A stretch of 32,382 nt of DNA from a virus (taxonomy: Duplodnaviria; Caudoviricetes), in IMG/VR virus record IMGVR_UViG_3300043103_000105, positions 1 to 32,382 of that record; one strand, given 5' to 3'. The notes beneath the pieces are model-generated. The model saw only the letters and a list, made by a program, of their open reading frames with translations. It searched no databases and was not told where the DNA came from. The first letter of the stretch is position 1. The number at the start of each line of letters is the position of its first letter. The position numbers and the translations under genes are program-made. Shown piece after piece: positions 31,956 to 32,382 of the stretch.

Positions 31956-32382
31956 TAGAACGCGCCCCCTGAAATAACGGTGGCGTTCAGGCGTCCTACA
32001 AAGGTGGTTACAAAGTTTCCAAGGCCTGCTGTGCCGTCCATGGTGGCAATGTTAGTGCCTGCCACAGAGAAGCCCAACTGGCTGTTGTTGGGTGAGTACA
32101 TGCCAGTCACAGGGTCCAGAGTGAACGTGAACGCGGGTGACGCGGCGGTGCCGCGGTTGGCCAAGTACTGGCCCACGCTGGCCTCGAGCATGGGGTACAG
32201 GTTGTTACCGTCGCTCAAGATGATAGCCTGACGGCCCGTTGGCAGTGAGTAGGGCGTTTGTGAGCTACCCTGCACTTGGAACGTCATGTTGTAGCCACTC
32301 TGGTTGGTGTCGTTCAACATGTAGTACACCTGCGTCACGGCAGGCAACTGGACCAACAAAGAGGTTGTGCGGGTGCCACTGA
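31955..32382 (-). CDS. C-terminal part of a tail/fibre-associated structural protein (5'-truncated)
   Basis: Frame is open to the window edge; GTAASPAFTF..DPVTGMY...LGFSVAG motif; TAATG-type coupling to the next gene is replaced by a TAA/ATG 1-nt overlap at 31955. Confidence 0.7.
   Translation of the reverse strand, partial: SGTRTTSLLVQLPAVTQVYYMLNDTNQSGYNMTFQVQGSSQTPYSLPTGRQAIILSDGNNLYPMLEASVGQYLANRGTAASPAFTFTLDPVTGMYSPNNSQLGFSVAGTNIATMDGTAGLGNFVTTFVGRLNATVISGGAF

Overview
A 32.4-kb piece of a tailed dsDNA phage genome, most likely podovirus-like. The host cannot be read from the sequence; a resemblance to uncultured freshwater proteobacterial phages is recollection only. The + strand (1-20571) starts with a chain of small, translationally coupled early genes, interrupted by an origin-like element (34-bp inverted repeat, T30 tract, DnaA box) and including a sigma-70-type factor that lacks domain 4. 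A replication module follows: primase-SF3 helicase, VRR-NUC, SNF2 helicase, DUF2800 Cas4-like nuclease, DUF2815 SSB, class II RNR, glutaredoxin and family A DNA polymerase. Embedded in it are a sigma4-like gene, an Endo VII homing endonuclease, an Acb2/Tad1-like protein and a terminase small subunit-like gene. The - strand (20617-32382) converges on it and carries tail and internal virion/ejection genes. Best leads: (1) a 1320-aa virion protein built from modules (lytic transglycosylase, unknown, ADP-ribosyltransferase-like, unknown) separated by recurring [FY]xxGG linkers, which also occur in a second virion protein and flank the ART module as DNA direct repeats; (2) a possible split sigma factor together with a three-copy phage promoter motif TGGGTAATT-N3-TATARGA; (3) a homing endonuclease insertion that duplicated and recoded the last 9 codons of its target gene; (4) an apparent AUC start codon. 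No tRNA, rRNA, CRISPR array or integrase was seen. Family assignments are by motif recognition, not database search.
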